64,000 nt of DNA. It comes from Rhizobiaceae bacterium (GTDB taxonomy: Bacteria; Pseudomonadota; Alphaproteobacteria; Rhizobiales; Rhizobiaceae). The stretch spans positions 1,417,731 through 1,481,730 of the forward strand of contig OZ246966.1 of the NCBI GenBank assembly GCA_965232405.1, written 5' to 3'. Of this stretch, positions 62,900-64,000 are shown piece by piece. A program made the translations under genes and the position numbers. The stretch's first letter is position 1, and every line of letters starts with the position of its first letter. The notes under the pieces were generated by a model. It worked only from the letters and a program-made list of their open reading frames with translations, had not been told where the DNA came from and searched no databases.

Positions 62900-63499
62900 T
62901 TAGCGCGGCTGGGCGCGCCAACCGCGCGACGAGAACCGGCGCTGCTGCCAGCGGCGGAAGGGCACGAGGTTGTGCGGGAAGGTGGGCGCGGGCTCGGCGA
63001 TCTCGTTGGCCCGCGCGCGGCGGCGATGTACCTCGGCCTGCATCATGCGCGACAGCCGGCGCACCGCCCAGATGTGGTTCCAGACGAAGACCGGATGCAG
63101 CGCGCGGGTGAAACGGCGCACCCAGGGATGAACGACATCGACCTTCCAGTCGAATGTTGCGGCGAGACGGCCCGCTTCGTCCGGCTCGACCGACATGAAC
63201 CCCTTGCCGACGAAGTCGCCATAAACGTCGAACGCGATCCAGCGATGCGGATCGAGCGCCGTCACCTTGCCGCCGAAGAAGAACGAGTGCGGCAGGAAGC
63301 CCTTGGTGTGGACCTCGATCTCCATGCCCATACCGTCGGCCCCGCCGCGGTTCACCACCTTGCAGGCCATGAACACCGTGGTCGCCCATTTCGATACGAT
63401 GGCAGGATCGAGCAGTATGTCCGTCAGTTCTTCTGGGCGGGCCTCCAGATTCCAATGGGTGATGATGTCGAAATCGGTGCGGCGCGGCTGGCGGGTCAT
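62900..63499 (-). CDS. SRPBCC/polyketide cyclase-like protein
   Basis: START-like helix-grip pattern (DILLDPAIVSKW, GDFVGKG, WNHIWAV); translationally coupled to upstream gene. Confidence 0.7.
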   Translation of the reverse strand: MTRQPRRTDFDIITHWNLEARPEELTDILLDPAIVSKWATTVFMACKVVNRGGADGMGMEIEVHTKGFLPHSFFFGGKVTALDPHRWIAFDVYGDFVGKGFMSVEPDEAGRLAATFDWKVDVVHPWVRRFTRALHPVFVWNHIWAVRRLSRMMQAEVHRRRARANEIAEPAPTFPHNLVPFRRWQQRRFSSRGWRAQPR

Positions 63500-64000
63500 C
63501 AGCGTTCTCCTCCGGCGCGGTCCGTCACCAGTTCGCCGGCGTCGGCCTCATCCGGTGACGGCGCGCCAAGACGTAGCGCCGCGCCTACGCCAAGCAGCGC
63601 CAATGGCAGCATGGTCGTGGCGGTGAGAAACGCTACACTGGCGAAAATCTCCATGACCGGCACGCCGGCGCCCTCGATAAGGACGGTGTCGGCGCGGTCG
63701 GCAAGCAGCGGGTTCAGAAGATATTCGCCGGCAAAGGCGGTCCACACAAGCGGCACGGAAAGCCAGTAGAGCCTGCGGCCGCCGGCGGGCAGCTGTCTGG
63801 CGGGCCGTTCGGGTCGCGCCGCCACGATCAACGCGAAGACCTGGAACATGATCCATGTGACGAAGGCCCAGCCGAAGAAGTTGGCCACCGGCACGCCGAA
63901 ATGCGGGCCGCCGTCGAGCCAGATCCAGCGACCTTCGACCGTTGCGCGCAGCGGGTCCATCGACAGGTCCCACACAACCATGAGCATAGCCGCGATAACC
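63499..64000 (-). CDS. DUF422/CruF-like carotenoid-biosynthesis membrane protein (3' part; runs off the window end)
   Basis: WDLSMDP, W-W-DGG-HFGVPVANFFGW. Confidence 0.75.
   Translation of the reverse strand, partial: VIAAMLMVVWDLSMDPLRATVEGRWIWLDGGPHFGVPVANFFGWAFVTWIMFQVFALIVAARPERPARQLPAGGRRLYWLSVPLVWTAFAGEYLLNPLLADRADTVLIEGAGVPVMEIFASVAFLTATTMLPLALLGVGAALRLGAPSPDEADAGELVTDRAGGER

Overview
GC-rich alphaproteobacterial chromosome segment (Hyphomicrobiales; gene order and proteins look Phyllobacteriaceae-like, which is an inference). Mostly conserved core genes: a Tad/Cpa pilus locus with CtrA-like boxes (1-10.2 kb, including a 58-aa Flp pilin missing from the ORF track), deoB-mutM-echA-rpsT-dnaA-dnaN-recF-moeB, irr/fabA-fabB-fabI, a GGDEF-EAL protein, the rimP-nusA-ylxR-infB-rbfA-truB-rpsO-pnp cluster, trmB/metK/lnt/corC/ybeY/phoH/miaB/plsC/rimI/tsaB, glcB and lepA. 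Accessory DNA: (i) an AraC + autotransporter islet (39.4-42.3 kb); (ii) an in-frame palindromic insertion in a hydantoinase gene (57.2-57.4 kb); (iii) a REP pair and a ~460-nt hairpin-dense non-coding element with GNRA/UUCG loops on the minus strand (58.1-58.8 kb); (iv) an AT-richer islet (58.9-60.96 kb) next to lepA. The islet holds the top candidate system: a putatively leaderless winged-HTH gene whose last four codons and stop codon form the 5' end of a 108-nt tRNA-like RNA (full acceptor, D and T arms, encoded CCA, but a 39-nt anticodon loop). It converges on a DUF1508 + uncharacterised-protein operon that has a divergent structured sRNA-like region. All assignments were made by eye; no searches were run.
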